A stretch of 64,000 nt of DNA from the human T2T-CHM13v2.0 reference genome, Homo sapiens: assembly GCF_009914755.1 (NCBI RefSeq), contig NC_060937.1; one strand, given 5' to 3'. The translations under genes and the position numbers were made by a program. Of the stretch, positions 1 through 15,405 are shown in pieces. Below the pieces are notes generated by a model. That model saw only the letters and a list, made by a program, of their open reading frames with translations. It was not told where the DNA came from and made no database searches. Position 1 is the first letter of the stretch, and each line of letters starts with the position of its first letter.

Positions 1-164
1 CTTTAATATGGACATTTACCTACATCTTGCCTTTGGTTTTCTTTTTATTATATATCCTTGGGAGATTTTATCCTTTCCTTTGGCTTTAATTACCACTTGT
101 TAGAAATGATTTCTCAAAATATATTTCATAAGTTTAGTGTTGATCTTTGCACACTATGTATCCA

Positions 165-307
165 GTAGTGACTAAATACAGTGACTTCAAGTTGGTAGCT
201 CAAAATTGGCCATGATGGAGCTTTTATACCAGAGAAATTGGCAAATGCTACAAATTACAGTCCCCTCCCCTGGAGTTGGTTGTTAAATATTCACCAGCAC
301 AACACAA
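165..307. mobile_element. MER63-like hAT DNA transposon fossil
   Basis: gttggtagctcaaaattggccatg...aaattggcaaatgctacaaat...gttgttaaatattcaccagcac resembles the remembered MER63 consensus and its terminal repeat. Confidence 0.55.
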
Positions 308-570
308 GCTGTCACCTGAAATTTGTAGTTACACCTCAAATATAACATGCCTAAAATAGAACTTGTTTGTCTAACCAACCATCTCTCACCAAACTCAGAT
401 TTTCTCTTATTCCCCTAGGGATGTTAGTGTTATTCTACCCAATCTCTTGAGTGCCTCTGGACCCAGTCCTTGGTCCTATTTTTTCTCTGCCAGATCTATA
501 CCTACTTATTTGGTAATTTCATCTTGTCTCATGAGTTTACCTTCAGTTCATATGCTGAGCACTTTCCACT

Positions 571-1035
571 TTCTTTTTTTTTTTTTATTTTATTTTAACT
601 TCCAGGATACATGTACAGGATGTGCAGGTTTGTTACCTAGGTAAACGTGTGCCATGGTGGTTTGCTGTACCTATCAACCCATCACCTAGGTATTAAGCAC
701 TGCATGCATTAGCTATTTATCCTGATGCACTCCCTCCCTCTCCCATGCCCCCACAACAGGCCCCAGTCTGTGTTGTTCCCCTCCCTGTGTCCATGTGTTC
801 TCATTGTTCAGCTCCCACTTATGAGTGAGACCATGCGGTGTTTGGTTTTCTGTTCCTGTGTTAGTTTGCTGAGGATAATGACTTCCAGCTCCATCCATGT
901 CCCTGCAAAGGACATAATCTCATTCCTTTTTATGGCTGCATAGTACTTCCTAGTGTATATGTACCATATTTTCTTTATCCAGTCTATCATTGATGAGCAT
1001 TTGGGTTGATTCCATGTCTTTGCTATAGTGAATCA
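571..1035 (-). mobile_element. 5'-truncated L1 3' end (older L1PA subfamily)
   Basis: T-rich tail at 571; antisense L1 3'UTR; ORF 808..990 is the L1 ORF2 C-terminus; TSD gagcactttccact 557-570 / gagcactttctact 1036-1049. Confidence 0.93.
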
Positions 1036-1216
1036 GAGCACTTTCTACTATCTATATTGATCTCAGACCTCTCTGCAGACCCCTATATTTGATCTCTTAT
1101 TTAATATTGACACTTGGACATCTTGAGCTCAAAATGTGATGATCTGGACTCCTGATTTTCCCCACAGATTTGCCCCACCCACAATCTTTTCTATCTCACT
1201 TTATGGCAATTCCATC

Positions 1217-1573
1217 TATAATAGTCTGCTCTCACAGTGCTAATAAAGACATAACTGAGACTGGGTAATTTATCAAGGAAAGAGATTCAGTTGACTCACA
1301 GTTCACCATGGCTTAGGAGGTCTCAGGAAACCTACAATCATGGCAGAAGGGGAAGCAAACATGTTCTTCTTAACATGGTGGCAGCAAGGAGAAGTACAGA
1401 GTGAAGAGTGGGGAAGCCCATTATAAAACCATCAGATCTCGTGAAAACTAACTCACTATCATGAGAATACCATGATTCAATTATCTCCACCTGGTCCCTC
1501 CCATGACACATGGGGTTTATGGGAACTACAATTCAAGATGATATTTGGGTAGGGACACAGCCAGACCATATCA
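1217..1573 (-). mobile_element. THE1C/D-like MaLR solo LTR
   Basis: gctaataaagacata...gagactgggtaattta...ccatatca; 5-bp TSD ccatc 1212-1216 / 1574-1578. Confidence 0.92.
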
Positions 1574-3029
1574 CCATCTCTCTAGTTGTTCAGAAAGAAA
1601 CAAAGAAAACCTTTGAATTTTCCTTGACTCTTCTCTCTGTTTCATGCTTCACATCCAATTTGTCAGAAGGAAAGCCTGTTGCTTCTACCATCAAGATGCC
1701 ACTTGATTCTGTCCACTTCCTCCACCTCCATTACTGTATCCTGATGGGACTATCATCATCTCCCACTTGGATTATGGTAGAAGCTGCTCAAGAGTCTCCC
1801 GTTTTTTATCCTTGCCCCTTTACAGTTCTGCCTCAATGTACACTCAAAGTAAAATTCTTAAAAATATAGGTCAGATAATGTCACTCCCTGACTTGAATTC
1901 TCCAGTGCCTTTCATTTCACTCAGAGTAAAAGCCAAAGTCTTTACTATGGCCTGTAAAATACTGTAGATTTTGCTGTGATCTTATTTCCTGTCATACTCC
2001 CTCTTACTTACTCTGCAGTAGCTATGCTGGCCTCCTTGCTGTTTGCTGAACTTCACAAGCTCCTGTAAGTTATTCTTTCTGACCAGGATGCTCTTCCCTA
2101 AAGACTCACTTGGCTAATTCCCCCACTTCTGTCAACCCTCTGCTTGTTTCTCCCTTTCCTAGTAGGGCAGACCCTGACACCTCTATTCAGTGTGGCATGC
2201 TGTTCCCACTTCTCTCAATGCTGATCCCCCATACCCTGCTCTACTTTTTCCATAGCATTTTACATCTTCAAACATATTATATAATTTATACAAATATATG
2301 TCATACCTATTGTTTACCATGTATATCCCCAACTAGCTGTTAAGCTGCAGAAGAACAGGAATGCCAATCGTTTTGTTCTTTGGTTTATATCAAGAATGAA
2401 GAGCTGTGACTGGCACTAGCAGACACTATAAATATCTAAGAATGAATGATTTCCTTTGAAAGGCAATTCATCCTTGACTTTCATTTCTGTCTTATATCTA
2501 TATCGAAGTCATTCCTCTTCTACATTCTTTCTTGGTGGGTCACTTCTGAGGGACTCAAGGAATAAGGTACATTCTGAACGAATGAGTCACTTTTGGGGTT
2601 TTTCTCTAGAAGCTGAGGCTGGGATGAGGGATTTGTTTATCTGAAACAACCAAGAACAGAAAGAGTACAAGAATGAGTACTGAATGTCAAATTGAGGAAG
2701 TAGAACTTGATTTAAGTCCAAGAGGTGTATGGAAACTTAAAACAGGCAGCAGGGTGGAAGACTGAAATATAAGAATGATGTGGGTGAATGCATGGGGAAC
2801 CGAGTGAGTGTGAAGTTCACACAATGGCCACAGGTAGGCCTGAAAGTCTTGTGGTCTATATGTATTGTCCTGCAAAGTTCTTCTATGTGTGGGTGGATAA
2901 GTCTAGTAAAACTATATAATACAAGTAGATAGTTCATACTGCCTTCCATTCATTCTGTCCATTAAATTTCTACTCCTGTCTAAGTCCCTTTTAACTTTAG
3001 TCTGTGATACTACATCACAGAAATAGCCT

Positions 3030-3480
3030 GTTCTTTCTGACATGCCCTCTCTAATCCATTCTTTTTCTCAACACCAGGTTCATCTTCCAGATCATAGTGT
3101 TGACTTGTCATTATTTTCTTTCCAAATCCTTTAATACCTCCCTATTGGCTACTGGAAAAAGTCCTGACTTCTTAGTCTAGAATTCAAGGTTTACTTCTAA
3201 CCTATATTTTGAAAATTCTTTCCTTCTAATTTTTCTATCATCAATTATTTATTCAACAAATATTTATTGAGCTCCTACTATATGCCAGGAAGTAAGTATT
3301 TGTTATCCTAATCCATTCCTTAAATCAACATTATATGTTCTTATCTCTACTCCTTTCCTAATATCATCCTCTTTTTCTGGGATGTTCTTTTTTGCCCACT
3401 TCTGACTACAGAAACTGTATTTATCTTTCAGGAGTTAGTTAAAATGCCTTCTATCCAGCATGACAATCTGTGACCCTACC
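3030..3480. mobile_element. Degenerate L2 fragments, including an antisense L2 tail at ~3240-3290
   Basis: attcaacaaatatttattgagctcctactatatgccagg is the L2 3' terminus; flanking L2-like blocks. Confidence 0.55.
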
Positions 3481-3946
3481 ACTGATTGCTTCATCCTCAA
3501 ATCTAGACTCGGCGGGGCACCTACCCCAAAATCTTGCCTCCTCTGATATCCCCAGCTTGGCTCCCTTATGCACCCTGCTCTCCAGGTGTATGAATCAAGC
3601 GGCCATCCATGAGCATGCTGTACCCTCCTCATCACATGCCATCACTCGTATTTCCCTATTGGCTTGCAGAACTCTGATTCCTTCTCCAGCTGTTAAAATT
3701 AGATAAAAAACTTCTCCTTCAAGTAACATTTTCCTATGTCCTTCCCACCTTGGACCAGATCATAAAACTCCCTCCTTTCTCCAGTGCCTCTCAGCATCTA
3801 GTTGTATCTAATCAGGACACTTGCCTCATATTACTTCATTTATTATTTACATGCCTTTTCTCACTGAAACAAAGTTCATTTGGACTCCAGAACCATGTTC
3901 TAACCTTGGCTCTTTATCCTCACAGTACATGGTCCAATTATTTATT

Positions 3947-4034
3947 GAGAAGTCTTCAGTTAGTATATGTGTAATGAATGGAAGTATTCAGAGAAGTCTT
4001 CAGTTAGTATATGTGTAATGAATGGAAGTATTCA
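3947..4034 (+). repeat. Perfect 44-bp tandem duplication (2 copies)
   Basis: gagaagtcttcagttagtatatgtgtaatgaatggaagtattca at 3947-3990 and 3991-4034. Confidence 0.97.
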
Positions 4035-4099
4035 GATTTGGCTCCCTATGTTACAGTCATGACACATATCAGACATAAAGAGTATTAATACCTGATATA

Positions 4100-4570
4100 T
4101 AGTCTCAGGCATATATATACATGACAAATGTGTATATACATATACTTGTATTAAACTTCTATTATATATAATATAGTTGTGTAATACAGTTTATGTATAC
4201 ACACATCTGTGTATAAAATATACTGTATTGTTTCTACTACATATCTGATATGCATATATCACACATATATATAATACTGTATTAAAACTCTACCATTATA
4301 TATAATTTCTGTAGCTATATACACACATACATAAACACACATCTGTGTGCATACTAGTGTATACATACACACATATGAATGTGTTTTATATGTATACATA
4401 TATGTATTTGCTATGCAGTCCCGTCCCTTTCCTCTCCCCATTTTTCTTTTCCTTTCTTCCATTTCTTTCCTCCCTCCCTTCCTTCCTCACTACTTCTGTT
4501 CCTTCTTTCTTTCCCTCATGTCCTTCCCTCCACTCCTTCTTCCTTCTGTTTGTCTGCCTCTTGCTTTCTC
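4100..4570. repeat. Low-complexity TA/CA-rich tract followed by a CT-rich polypyrimidine tract
   Basis: Degenerate (TA)/(CA) repeats ~4100-4410; CT-rich ~4425-4565. Confidence 0.75.
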
Positions 4571-5292
4571 ATTTGTAATCTTTAACAAATGACTGTGCTT
4601 TAATGTACTTGGTACACACAATAAAAGGTGTTGGTATTTAAAATAACCATCATCACCTTGTGCTGAATTGTTGATATACAGCCCTATGATTTGAAAGCAC
4701 CTCATCTGTTTGTTCTTGATTGTACAGTGCATCAGAACAAATTGTTTTGTATGTCTCTATGAATGGAAGATTGGATTCAGCAACCCAGGTGTTTGGCAAT
4801 CTGTAATGTGAGTAATGCCTCCAGTCTTTGAGGACCTCTCTAGGGGAAAGGGTTCTGAAAACATTGCTGCAGTTAGCAATAGGATTCATAATTACTCTCA
4901 AACTTAAAAAGGTGGTGCTGGGTCTTCAACCTCATATTTAGTAGCTCTTTAGATATACTATAAAATAAGCAGCACTTACAGGGAAAAGTGGAGAAAATGT
5001 TTTATTTTGTCACAAAATTCAAATCACACTATAATAGTCATCAATAAATTGATGACCCAACTCTGATGGTTGACTGTTTGTTCTCCAAGAAAATAGAAAT
5101 GATCATTTTAAAAAATGTTTTGTTTAATGTCACTGCTGTTTGGGGACTCATTTTTGCTAAACTCTTTTCTGAGGTGGATGCAGAAAAGGTAGGGGAACTT
5201 CACTGTATTATTCAGCTCAGTCTTGAACCAAGAGTGACTTTCTGAGGATTGGGAAACCTCAACTGTTGGTTCATGGCATGTGTTTGATTCTT

Positions 5293-6751
5293 TTTATATA
5301 TTTTTTTTATTTTTATACTTTAAGTTCTGGGATACATGTGCAGAATGTGTAGGTTTGTTACATTGGTATACATGTGTTATGGCGATTTGTTGCACTTATC
5401 AACCCGTCATCTACATTAGGTATTTCTACTAATGCTATCCCTCCCCTAGCCCCTCACCCACTGACAAGCCCTGGTGTGTGTTGTTCCCCTCCTTGTGTCC
5501 ATGTGTTCTCATTGTTCAACTCCCACTTATGAGTGAGAACATGTGGTGTTTGGTTTTCTGTTCTTGTGTTAGTTTGCTGAGAATGATGGTTTCCAGCTTC
5601 ATCCATGTCCCTGCAAAGGACATGAACTCATCCTTTTTTATGGCTGCATAGCAATCCATGGTGTATATGTGCCACATTTTCTTTATCCAGTCTATCACTG
5701 ATGGGCATTTGGGTTGGTTCCAAGTCTTGTTATTGTAAACAGTGCTGCAATAAACATATGTGTGCATGTGTCTTTATAGCAGAATGATTTATAATCCTTT
5801 GGGTATAGAACCAGTAGTGGGATTGCTGGGTCAAATGGTATTTCTGGTTCTAGATCCTTAAGGAATCGCCACACTGTCTACCACAATGGTTGAACTAATT
5901 TACATTCCCACCAACAGTGTAAAAGCGTTCTTATTTCTCCAATCCTCTCAAGCATCTGTTGTTTCCTGACTTTTTAACGGTCACCATTCTAACTGGCGTG
6001 AGATGGTATGTCATTGTGGTTTTGATTTGCATTTCTCTAATGACCAGTGATGGTGAGCATTTTTTCATATGTTTGTTGGCCACATAAATGTCTTCTTTTG
6101 AGAAGTGTCTGTTCATATCCTTCACCCACTTTTTAATGGGGTTGTTTGTTTTTTACTTGTAAATTTGTTTAAGTTCCTTGTAGATTCTGGCTATTAGCCC
6201 TTTGTCAGATGGATAGATTACAAAAATTTTCCCCCATTGTGTAGGTTGCCTGTTCACTCTGATGATAGTTTCTTTTGCTGTGTAGAAGCTCTTTAGTTTA
6301 ATTAGATCCCATTTGTCAATTTTGGCTTTTGTTGCCATTGCTTTTGGTGTTTTAGTCATTAAGTCTTTGTCCATGCCTATGTCCTGAATGGTATTGCCTA
6401 GGTTTTCTTCTAGGGTTTTTATGGTTTTAGGTCTTACATTTAAGTCTTTAATCCATCTTGAGTTAATTTTTGCATAAGGTGTAAGGAAGGGGTCCAGTTT
6501 CTGTTTTCTGCATATGGCTATCCAGTTTTCCCAACACGATTTATTAAACAGGGAATCCTTTCCCCATTGCTTGTTTTTGTCAGGTTTGTCAAAGCTCAGA
6601 AGGTTATAGATGTGTGGCATTATTTCTGAGGCCTCTGTTCTGTTCCCTTGGTCTATATATCTGTTTTGTTACCAGTACCGTGCTGTTTTTGTTACTGCAG
6701 CCTTGTAGTACAGTTTGAAGTCAGGTAGCGTGATGCCTCCAGCTTTGTTCT
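5293..6751 (-). mobile_element. 5'-truncated L1PA (about L1PA7/8), 1.46 kb
   Basis: ORFs 6153..6620, 5931..6125 and 5516..5767 are broken ORF2 C-terminal pieces; perfect 14-bp TSD tgtgtttgattctt 5279-5292 / 6752-6765. Confidence 0.96.
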
Positions 6752-9040
6752 TGTGTTTGATTCTTGTCTTCCATTCTGTGCCAAAGAAACACAGGATGAA
6801 TATGATGCGATGTATGAAATATTTTTAATTTTTTTAAACTACTGCTTGTAAAAACTAAATATCCTGATTGAAACAAAAGATGTCTGTAGTGAAGCAGACT
6901 CTCTCTTGTTCATTTTTAACCATCAATTTAAGAACACACACTCTATCTGTATTACTTTTACACATTCTAGATGTGCCTGCTCCTTAAGTCATAACTATTA
7001 GAAAAGAGCCTGGAGTTAATGTGTCTGAGGTGGATATTTATCCTGACAAGGGCAGTGCCAATTTTTCCCCTGAAGAGTTTACATTATGAGATTTTGAATA
7101 AGGAACTTCTTGGCTGTCTTGGCTGGCTCACCAGTGATTTTCCTTATTTTTAAGCTGTTTATAAGTGAAGGAAAAAGATCACCTGAGCCCTTAGGGCATT
7201 GTTAAGTTTATATTTTCTCTCTGCCAATATCCGTCAAGGGAGAGCAAAATGAGCATCTTAGTTCCTTATTTTATGCTTTTCAGCTCAACCGAACTTCTCC
7301 ATCTAACACACTCATGATGATAAGGACTAGAAAGACGGTGAACCCCTGACAGTCGCCTGCCAACTTTCCTTAAGGAGAGTAAATCAGGGGACATTTCTGA
7401 TGTGTTAGAAATGTGCTTTCAGAGTCTAGTTCATTGGGGACTACCAAAGTGTTGGAAAGCAAAAGATTATTGCATATTTCCAGGAGGGGGATTGCAATAG
7501 AAAAATTATCATCCTTTTGAACTTTTACTCAAAACTTGTGAATGGAGTTGTCAAATGGAGGATTGCTGATTATCGTTTAAGTCTTTTCATTTGTATCTAT
7601 CCTGAAATTGTCTTCTTGGAAGCCTATATAAAATAGCTAATTCTTCTATTTATAAGATTTTTTTGAAGCCTCTGATATATCTATAATGAGCCATCTCTAG
7701 GAAAAAAAATTCTGATTTTTTTTGATTGACAAAAGTCACTACTGTTTAGTGCTGAGGAAAAACGTACTGTGGATAAAGAATGAAACAAAGTCACCAAATT
7801 CCTACTGATCTTGTCCCTTCCATACTAACCAGATACATATTTTGTTCCTGGGAATTGGGTGATGTTGGCTGGGAAAGGAGAGATGGGTAACACTACTGCA
7901 GAGAGAAGAGCTTTCTCCTAATCTTATTTACTTGTCAATCTTCTATCAGGCTTCTCAGGGTTCCACTTCTTTCTGGAAGGAGATTGTGCATCTCAAGAAC
8001 GAAGGCTGGGTGTAGTTCATGATAGTAAAATATGTCACTCATTTTCATTGTTATTATGATTACCACAATTATAATTCAGAATCTGTGCTTGACAAGAGGA
8101 AATTAGATGATGTATAAAACATACTAATTGATATAATCCCCTCAAGAGCTTCCAATTTAGACTAGTATTTCTGTGCCTTTGTTCATCACCTAAGAGAATT
8201 ACAAAGATTTTCTTAGGGCTACCATTGAAGAAGCATTATTGAAGATAACTAATGTGGTATTTGTAAAATGCAAGCAAAATAAATTAGAACAATGAGTCTA
8301 GATTCCAAGTCTAAAGTTATATGCTGAATTGAGCAGAGGAGACCACTAAAGCAATTTAATAATTTGCTCTCCAATAATGCTGTCCATCCATGATTTCTCA
8401 GATGATTTACAAGTTATGTATTTTTACAAGATTCCAGTTATGTCACATACCCTTTTTTCCATTAAGGGAAGCCTCATTTTATTTCTGTCACAAATCAAAA
8501 GTTCAGATCTAGAAGTTATTAGATAGTAAACTCATGTTCCAAGAGATATGACAGAAATCCATTGTTGGAACTAATTCTGACCACATTTCAAACTTCTGCT
8601 CACTCTGAAAGTAGAATAAAGGCCAGGAAACAAAAGAGATGATGAAAACAAAATATGTTGATGTGGAAGAAATGTGTTTAGGGCCAAGGCTTTGGGCTCA
8701 AGGTCAGGGTCACTGTGAACTTTTCTGCCTCTGGACAATGTGCGGCTCTGAGCTCTTCTGTAGTAGAATGGAGGAAGGAGTCGCAAAAACGATGGCATAG
8801 GAATCCTGGTGGAATCCTTCAATGAATTGGCTATTCTGAGAAACCAAGGCTGATGCTCTTGAGCTCCAAGCTTTAGGCAAGTTCTAAACCTTACATTTCA
8901 TAGCAAACTGACTGGATTGACGGAATTATATACAAAATAATCTTATGCTTGCTCTAAAGCCATGTTTGGAATGTGTCACGGCCAGATGCAGTTTGTCAAA
9001 ACCTGAATGTGTTATGGCCAGATGGATTACTCTGGCTTTT

Positions 9041-9044
<4 letters not shown>

Positions 9045-9115
<71 letters not shown>
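9045..9115. repeat. Compound microsatellite (TG)n(AG)n
   Basis: About 21 TG units followed directly by about 14 AG units. Confidence 0.98.
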
Positions 9116-9119
<4 letters not shown>

Positions 9120-9369
9120 ATGAGAATTTACATGTGCACATGTGTCTTACCCTGCCACACCTGGGATGTGCCTCAAATGGCAAAGCAGGAAATAATCAAA
9201 GGTAGAACCCAACCATCCCTAATATTTATTCAGCACCAACAGAGATGTATTCTTTCCTAATTTTTGTTTATTGCAAAGCAAAATTATCAAAATAATGAGG
9301 AGAAATTTTAAAAAGAAAAAAGATATTGTCTTACCAACCTAGAACTCATTCACCTTTACTATGCTTTAA

Positions 9370-9631
<262 letters not shown>

Positions 9632-10014
9632 TTAAGATCAGAACACAATGTCCTGTCAATTATTGTTTCAAATGAAAAGTTTTAGGTTTCAAATGCTTTG
9701 CTGTGAGTGATCATGGTCTACACATGCCATTGGTTGCTTTTTCAGAAGAGCTTTTGTAAAGAATCCTTGACGGTGGACATGCTAATACCAGAAATACTCA
9801 ATGAGATCCTACGGAACCTTACATGGCAGCAGACATGGAGAAATAGATGAAGGGAGAGGGGATGGAAGATTCTGCAAAAACTTGTTTTATCCAGTGGAAA
9901 TTCAGTGTTTGAAATTACCACCCAGGCAATGTGAAGAACAAGGCAGCACACCATAGCTAGTAGCTGAAGTCAGGCTTCAGTCCTCCCATAACAGTTATGA
10001 GACATTGATCCTGA

Positions 10015-10673
<659 letters not shown>

Positions 10674-10759
10674 TGATCATTATTTGGGTTGTTTCCAGTT
10701 TCTGGATGTTATGGATAAGGCTGTTATGAATGTTTTTGTATGGCGGTTATATGAACTCT

Positions 10760-11082
<323 letters not shown>

Positions 11083-12479
11083 TGTATGAACTCTTTTACC
11101 TTGGCTTTATGCTTAGCAGTGTTGATTGCTGTATCATGGAGGAAAAATATATGTAGCTTAAGTAGAAAATGACAGTTTTCTGAAGTTGATGCAGCAGTTT
11201 ATTCTTCCTTTAGCAAGATATGAATGGTCCAGTTACTCTGCATTATTGCCAACAAGTGGCATTGTCAGCTTTTTGGATTTAGCTATTCTATAGAGAATGT
11301 AGTGGTTTGGGGTGGTTATTTTAATTTGTGTTTCACTGGTGATTGATTACATTGATATTTGCTGATTTGTCCTTTGGATATTTTCTGTTGCAGAGTGTCT
11401 TCAAATCTTTTGTTCAATTTTAAAAATAGTTTCATTTGCCTTTTTCTTATTAGGTTATGGGAATTCTTGAGATAGCCCATATATAAGCTCTTTGTTAGAC
11501 ATATGTATTATGATTATTAATATCTTATCTCTGGATTATTTTTTCAATCTCTTCATGGTATATTTTAATAAATTACTTCTTAAATTTAAAATGTATAACT
11601 TTTCTTTATTGCATTTTTTTGCTGTATTAATGAAGAAATAGATTTCTGTCCTAAGGTATGAAGATATATGTTTTCTACTATAATAGTTTTTATTGTTTTT
11701 CTTCAAATTTTGATTCATCATCCATCTCACATTAATTTTTAAAATATAGTATGAAATAATGGGGCAATGTTCATTTTTTTGGTCTCATATAGCTATCTAA
11801 TTGCTCCAGAACCATTTATGGAAAATAAATTCCTTTTCTACTGAATTTTAGTGGCACCTTTGTCACAAATCAACTGACTTCATGTGTGTACATCTATTTC
11901 TGGACTATCTCTTCTGTTGATACATAAACAGAAAAGTTTATATATTGGTTAAAAGTTACAAAAGATGTGTTTTGTAACTTTTTAGCACTTATTATATTAG
12001 GGTTATATTTTCATGACAATAAACATTCAACATAATGCCACTTTTAATTGATAGATGGGATTTGATTTATAGATGCACTAATATTTACTTAATCCTTTAA
12101 GGCTTGCAAACTCAATGATTAAATTTGTTTTTTTATTAAGTATACTGAATCATAATGCACCCTCATTTCAAACCAAAGCTGTAGGAATAACAAGACAATT
12201 AAATTTTTAATGAAGAAAGCCTCTATTTTGTAGTGTGAAATGCATTAATACAGTATCAGAAGAACTGAGTTTCTATCAAGATTCTACCACTTATTAACCA
12301 TACAGAATAATTCTCAGCTATAATTTCAGTACAATAACACCTGCCTCCCAGGATTATTTTAAAAATAATACATACTAAAGGGCACAGGAGCATTTTGAAA
12401 ATTGTAAATTATTATACAAAACATTTTCTGTTACAAATAAATAGTAGAAGTTTGACAAATGTAAAATCATATTAGCCAA

Positions 12480-12795
12480 CATTTATTCATACACAATGAG
12501 GAAAGGATAGTCTTTTCAATAAATGGTGTTGGGAAAACTGCATATCCATGTGCAAAAGAATGGAATTTGACTCTTATCTTATACCATACATAAAAATCAA
12601 CTCAAAATACATTAAGGACTTAAACTTAAGATCTAAATCTGTAAAACTCCTAAAAGAAAACACAGGGTGAAAGCTCTGTGGCATTGGACTTGGCAATGAT
12701 TTTTGCTTATGAAACAATAACTATAATGTTAATAGAACTCAAAGAATTCTATTAATATCAAACAATAAGAACCTTAAGATAATAAATATTAGAAA
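12480..12795 (+). mobile_element. Old L1M ORF2 3' fragment (left part of a split element)
   Basis: ggaaaggatagtcttttcaataaatggtgttgggaaaactg...aaaatcaactcaaaa...aaaactcctaaaagaaaac. Confidence 0.85.
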
Positions 12796-12796
12796 C

Positions 12797-13270
12797 CATG
12801 ATGGTTAATATTAAGTGGCAACTTGATTGGATTGAAGGATGCAAAGTATTGTTTCTGGATGTATCTTGGTGTTTCTGGGAGTTTCCAGAAGAGACTGACA
12901 TTTGAGTCAGTGGACTGGGAGAGGAAGACCCACCTTCAGGGAGACCCACCCACAAGGTGGCTGCCAGTGTGGCTAGAACAAGCAGGTAGAAGAAGTGGGA
13001 AGAAGGTGGAAGAAGCAGACTTGCTGAGTTTTCCAGCCTTCATCTTTCTTTTGTGTTGGGTACTTCCTGCCCTCGAACTCCAAGTTCTTCAGCTTCTGGG
13101 CTCGTGGACTTATACTAGTGGTTTTTCTGGGGCTCTTAGGCCTTTGGTCTTTGGTCACAGACTGAAGGCTGCACTGTTGGCTTCCCTACTTTTGAGGTTT
13201 CAGGACTTGAACTGAGCCACTACTGGCTTCCTTGCTCCTCAACTTGCAGATGGCCTATCATGGGATTTTG
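12797..13270 (+). mobile_element. MLT2A-like (HERV-L) LTR, 3'-truncated
   Basis: tgatggttaatattaagtggcaacttgattggattgaaggatgcaaagtattg is the MLT2A start; the LTR terminus is not seen. Confidence 0.88.
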
Positions 13271-15403
13271 ATTATCTGCCTCGAAGATCTACCTAATACT
13301 GTTGGCGGTGTGTTGAAGTCCCCCACCATTATTGTATTTTGGTCTATCTCCTTTCTTAGGTCTAGTAACATTGTTTTATGAATGTGGGTGCTCCAGTATT
13401 GGGTGCATGTATTTTGATGATTGTTACATCTTCTTGTTGAATTGAATCCTTTATTGTCTTTTTTTTAACAGTTATTGAGTTAAAGGTTGTCTTATCTGAT
13501 GTAAGTGTAGCTACTCCTGCTTGCTTTTCTTTTTCCAACATTTTACTTTGAGTCTGTGAATGTCTTTACCCATTAGGTGGGTTTCTTGAAGGCAGTATAT
13601 GGGTGAATCTCAGTTTTTTAATTTATTCTGCCAGTCTGCATCTTTTAAGTAGAGCATTAGTTCATTTATCTTCACGGTTAATATTGACATGTGAGGTTTT
13701 GTTTCTGTCATGATATTAATTGTTAGTTGCTTCATAGTCATAAATGTGTGTTTGCTTCATAAGACCTGTGAGATTTTTACTTTCACGTGTTTTTATGATG
13801 GTGAGTTTTGCCCATTCTTTCCCATGTTTAGAATGCCTATGGCATTCCTTGTGGGTCCGGTCTATTGGTGATGAATTCCCTTAGTGTTTGCTAGTCTGGG
13901 AAAGACTTTATTTATCTTTTATTTTTGAAGCTTAGTTTAGCAGGATACAAAATTCTTTTCTGGCAGTTCTTTTCTTTAGGAATATTGAAAATAGGATGCC
14001 AATTCCTTCTGACTTGTAAATTTTCTGCTAAGAAGTCTACTTTTATGACTGGTGGTATTTCCTTTATAGATAATTTGATGCTTCTCTCTTACTGATTTTA
14101 GGATTTTTTCCTTTACGTGGACTTTGAATAGCCTGTTAACTGTATGCCTTGGTGATGTGCATCTTGCAAACTATCTTTCAGGTGCTCTGAGTCTCTTGTG
14201 TCTGAATATCTACATCTCTAGCAAGCCTAGGGACATTTTCGTGAATTATTTCCTCAAATAGGCTTTCCAAACTTTTTCCTTTTTCTTCTTCTGTCTCAGG
14301 AATGCCCGTGACTCACTGGTTTCATCACTTTACATACTCTCAAATTTCTTGAAGCCTTTGTTCATTTTTTATGTAGTTCTATTTTTTTATTCAATTTCCT
14401 TCTGACTGGGTTAATTCAAAAGACCTGTCTTCAATCTTGAAATTTCTTCTGCTCCTTGGTCTAGTCTATTGTTGAAGCTTTAAAGTCTACTTTGTAACTT
14501 CTTCAGTGAATTTTTCCTTTCCAGAAGTTCTGTTTGATATTTTTTTAATCGATCTCTTCTTTCATATCATGTTTGTGTGTGTGTGTATGGGGTGTGTGTG
14601 TGTGTGTGTGTGTGTGTGTTGGTTTTCAGCTTTCTCTTGGATCTCATTGAACTTCCTTAAAATCTATATTTTGAATTTTTAATTTGTCATTTCAACATTC
14701 TCATTTCAGTTAGGATCCATTGCTAGAGTGCTAGTGTGATATAATGGGAATGTCACAACACTCAATCTATTAATGGTGCCAGAGTTCTTTTGTTGGTTCT
14801 TTCTCATCTGGAGAAGCTATCATTTTTTAATTTTGAATTTTCTTTGCTTTGGATGGGATGTTTTCTTTCCTCTTGAGAGTGTGACTTTATATTGGTTAGG
14901 GTCTTTGCTCTTCTGTCAGCAAGTTTTGTGTTGGGTTGTGCAGTTCAACCTCCAGGCCAGTAGTTGGTGCTTATGGATAATAGCCAGCAATGGTAGAAGC
15001 AGATGGGTGTGTGCTTGATTTTTGTTTGTTGGGAGGTGCTCTCTGTTCTTTCAGGTAGTGGGCTGGTCTGTGGGATGCCTGCTGCCCTAAGTTCCCTGTT
15101 TAGCTGGGAGAGGGGACAAAACTGGGAAAAGCTGGACCGCTGTGCTCACCCACAAATACCCCAGTGATGAGTACAGGCACCAGCCCTGACAGGGGTGGCT
15201 GGGGGAGCTCCTGGTGAAATGAGCTGAGGCCACTGCAGAGGTCAAGGAGTCTGCACCAGCTTCATGCCCTGGACAGGTGGGGATGTGATCTGTTTCCTTA
15301 TCACACCCCTGTCCCGGGGATCCTGACTCTCAGTTTAGACTGTTATTTATCTCCAGGCCACAATGTACCTGAGAGCTGTGCAAAACTTCTGTCCCACAGT
15401 TCT
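13271..15403 (-). mobile_element. L1 5' portion (5'UTR-like, ORF1, start of ORF2 endonuclease), older L1PB/L1M type, no 3' end
   Basis: gtgttgaagtcccccaccattattgt (antisense endonuclease GDFN motif region), antisense ORF1 motifs, GC-richer 5'UTR-like end. Confidence 0.8.
14573..14619. repeat. Interrupted (TG)n microsatellite
   Basis: Direct inspection. Confidence 0.9.
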
Positions 15404-15405
15404 CC

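Larger units (their letters stand above)
480..2450 (+). mobile_element. L2 LINE 3' region, interrupted by an L1PA and a THE1 LTR
   Basis: L2 3' motifs in consensus order (ccttgactcttctctct, cagataatgtcactccctg, aagtctttactatggcct, tail gaatgaatga at ~2440-2449); left boundary approximate. Confidence 0.75.

Noticed and set aside
9725-9960. Possible exon after the acceptor-like ttgctttttcag
   Set aside because: No convincing paired donor or recognisable coding frame; a non-coding exon cannot be judged without transcript data.
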